From positions 3,072,001 through 3,136,000 of the forward strand of contig OZ243961.1 of assembly GCA_965214605.1 (NCBI GenBank): a stretch of 64,000 nucleotides of DNA, given 5' to 3'. Position numbers and translations under genes: made by a program. This document shows positions 62,215 through 64,000 of this stretch, in pieces (within the stretch, counting starts at the first letter, position 1; every line of letters starts with the position of its first letter). Source of the DNA: an uncultured Candidatus Binatia bacterium. Its GTDB lineage: Bacteria; Desulfobacterota; Binatia; Bin18. The notes beneath the pieces are model-generated. The model saw only the letters and a program-made list of their open reading frames with translations. It was not told where the DNA came from and did not search any database.

Positions 62215-62376
62215 AGCTGGCGGCCTCCTTTCAGTGAGGGAATCCGGACCGAAAGGATCCAGCCCCTGTGGTACCATTGACAGTATATCTCCCTCTGCTC
62301 CTCTAGGGGGACGGCGTGGGCATACGACCTCCTGTCCCGCTCCGCACCAGGAGTTGCACGATGGGGCTGCGCGCGG

Positions 62377-62703
62377 CTAGGCTGCCAGCTTGGGCGAATC
62401 TCCTCCGCAGGCTGCGCAGCACGTCAACGTTGGTCGTGGTCTCCCCCACTTCGTCACCGCCTTGATGATGCCGAACAATCGCCGTCGTTCCTCATCCTCT
62501 CCTCCTGAGGTGGGGGACACGTCCGCCTGTAGAGAAGGGGTGTCCCCCATTTGGACAAAGAGCAGGGCGCGGGAGTGTCGCGTCCACCAGGGATGGAGCG
62601 TATTTGGGTGGCCGTGCCGGGTGGACTTTTCTCGCGCCGCGGCGGCGTTGACGGCCTTCGGCATTGGTGCCACTTCGATGAACTCCCTATGCAGTGCAAG
62701 CAT
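62377..62703 (-). pseudogene. DUF1156 methylase 5' remnant
   Basis: FIEVA..AVNAAAAREKSTRHGHPNTLHPWW..ERRRLFGII, a degenerate match to the DUF1156 N-terminus. Confidence 0.75.
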
Positions 62704-62721
62704 CGGTGGGCCTCAACCAAG

Positions 62722-63189
62722 CTACTCCAAATCAAAAGCGTCTTTCAGCTTCTGGCTGCAACGAATCAATCTGATTTGTTTCTTCTCGCCACGGAGGACG
62801 ATTTTTTTCTCACGAAGGGTTTCCCTCTCTATTGGCGAGATCCCTTTCCCATGAGCAAGAACTGGGACGAATTGAAAAGATCCACTGTTCGGTAGCCAAG
62901 CCTCTGCGGTTTTGGCTCCTCCCTGAAGTTGGGCAACGACGTCCGAGGCTCTGACTCTCCCACTTTTCAACTCAACGAGAGCTACCCAGGCTTTCGTATT
63001 CTTCTCGCCGACGAACACATAGTCACAGCGCTTCTGGTCGGGCGGAATTTGAAGCATGTCGCAATCAAGATCGACCAGGACAGACTTGATTGAAGAAGGG
63101 ACGGACAGGGAACAGCCGTCCTTCTTGCAGGAATGGGAACGGCAACAGGTGGGAACCTTGTTGGAGACAGCGGCGACGAGGCCCCTCAT
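62722..63189 (-). CDS. Small PD-(D/E)XK-like protein coupled to the upstream ATPase
   Basis: KRCDYVFV..VALVELKSG..VVAQLQGG motif; ATGA overlap with the ATPase stop. Confidence 0.6.
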   Translation of the reverse strand: MRGLVAAVSNKVPTCCRSHSCKKDGCSLSVPSSIKSVLVDLDCDMLQIPPDQKRCDYVFVGEKNTKAWVALVELKSGRVRASDVVAQLQGGAKTAEAWLPNSGSFQFVPVLAHGKGISPIERETLREKKIVLRGEKKQIRLIRCSQKLKDAFDLE

Positions 63190-64000
63190 TGGCCGATGCT
63201 TTCCTGCCTGCGGTTAAAAATGACGGCGCTCTCGTTATACAGCGTCTCGCTCACGCTCTCATAATCGGTGGGATACAGGCCGGTTTCGGGATCGAACAGC
63301 ACCTGCTTCACGATCGAACCTTTGGGGCGTTGAGTGGACTTGAACAGCCATGCCCCGACCTCGTCCGTACTGAGTGCAACGTCGGCGTCCGCAAGCCCGG
63401 TCTGCCGCTCCTTCGGCAACGTGGAAAGTTGGACGAGATTGCCAATCTGTTCGAGAAACCATTCGCTGTGCGTCGTCATAACAACGCGAACGCCTTTGCG
63501 AACCAGCCGCGCGAGTTCACGGGCAAAGGCAGCCTGCATGGCAGGATGCAGGTGGGCTTCTGGTTCCTCGATGATGAGCACATCACCGGGCCGGATGATA
63601 TGCCGTAGGTAGAGCACGACGGGCGCCAACTCCGAAACCATGGACGACGCCCGCATCAGCGGGAGATCGTCCTGCCATCCCTCGGGGCGGTAGGCAAAGG
63701 TCGGGTAGTTCATTTCGGAGGGCTCCAGCAGAATCTTGCCCTTGAGAATGTTGTGCTCCAATCCCGCCTCGAATTTGCTCGACGATTTTTGGTGAAACCT
63801 GCGAATTCCTCTCCTCGCACTTATCCCAATCAATTGATTCAGAAAGTCGGCCAATACGCCGGACAACATCGGAACGTCGCGGGAAGGACGGAGTCCGGCC
63901 ATTGCCGCACTCTGAACCAATGCACTCACGACAACCTGATGGCTGTGCATGACGCCGGTACGATCGGCCGGTAGGTAATAGGCGCTTTTTTGGGAGAGTG
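63186..64000 (-). CDS. AAA_15/AAA_21-family ATPase (5' end outside the window)
   Basis: YYLPADRTG, ASSMVSELAP signature-like motif, LIIEEPEAHLHP, TTHS. Confidence 0.85.
   Translation of the reverse strand, partial: LSQKSAYYLPADRTGVMHSHQVVVSALVQSAAMAGLRPSRDVPMLSGVLADFLNQLIGISARRGIRRFHQKSSSKFEAGLEHNILKGKILLEPSEMNYPTFAYRPEGWQDDLPLMRASSMVSELAPVVLYLRHIIRPGDVLIIEEPEAHLHPAMQAAFARELARLVRKGVRVVMTTHSEWFLEQIGNLVQLSTLPKERQTGLADADVALSTDEVGAWLFKSTQRPKGSIVKQVLFDPETGLYPTDYESVSETLYNESAVIFNRRQESIGQ

Overview
Bacterial window in three parts. (1) 1-26.4 kb is a heavily eroded defence/genomic island lying downstream of a minus-strand tRNA-Ser(GGA). A degenerate copy of the tRNA 3' end and flank sits at about 24.0 kb. 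Pseudogenes or remnants include QatABCD, BREX BrxL, an RloC-like ATPase, HerA, a DUF1156 methylase, RecD-like and SF2 helicases, AbiEi, AbrB, an S24 repressor, an ATPase+nuclease pair and a degenerate tRNA-Gly. Several remnants are joined end to end by large deletions. Two toxin-antitoxin-like modules (RqlH/RqlI-like, and HTH-IrrE+PIN RosmerTA-like) remain intact. (2) 26.6-53.9 kb is clean core/metabolic DNA. It holds a complex I operon nuoA-C-D-E-H-J-K-L-M-N lacking nuoB/F/G/I, an unusual MoxR ATPase / GXGXG beta-helix / vWA three-gene operon, pdxH, a nitroreductase, an MFS transporter, a GST, six amidohydrolase paralogs and an LLM oxidoreductase. (3) 54.2-64 kb is a second accessory island with an intact Menshen-like triad, a stand-alone ABC-ATPase-TOPRIM gene, rmuC and DUF1156 pseudogenes, and another ATPase+small nuclease pair. 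The amidohydrolase/LLM content resembles Binatia-like (possibly host-associated) bacteria; this is inference only. All calls come from motif recognition by eye; no database searches were run.
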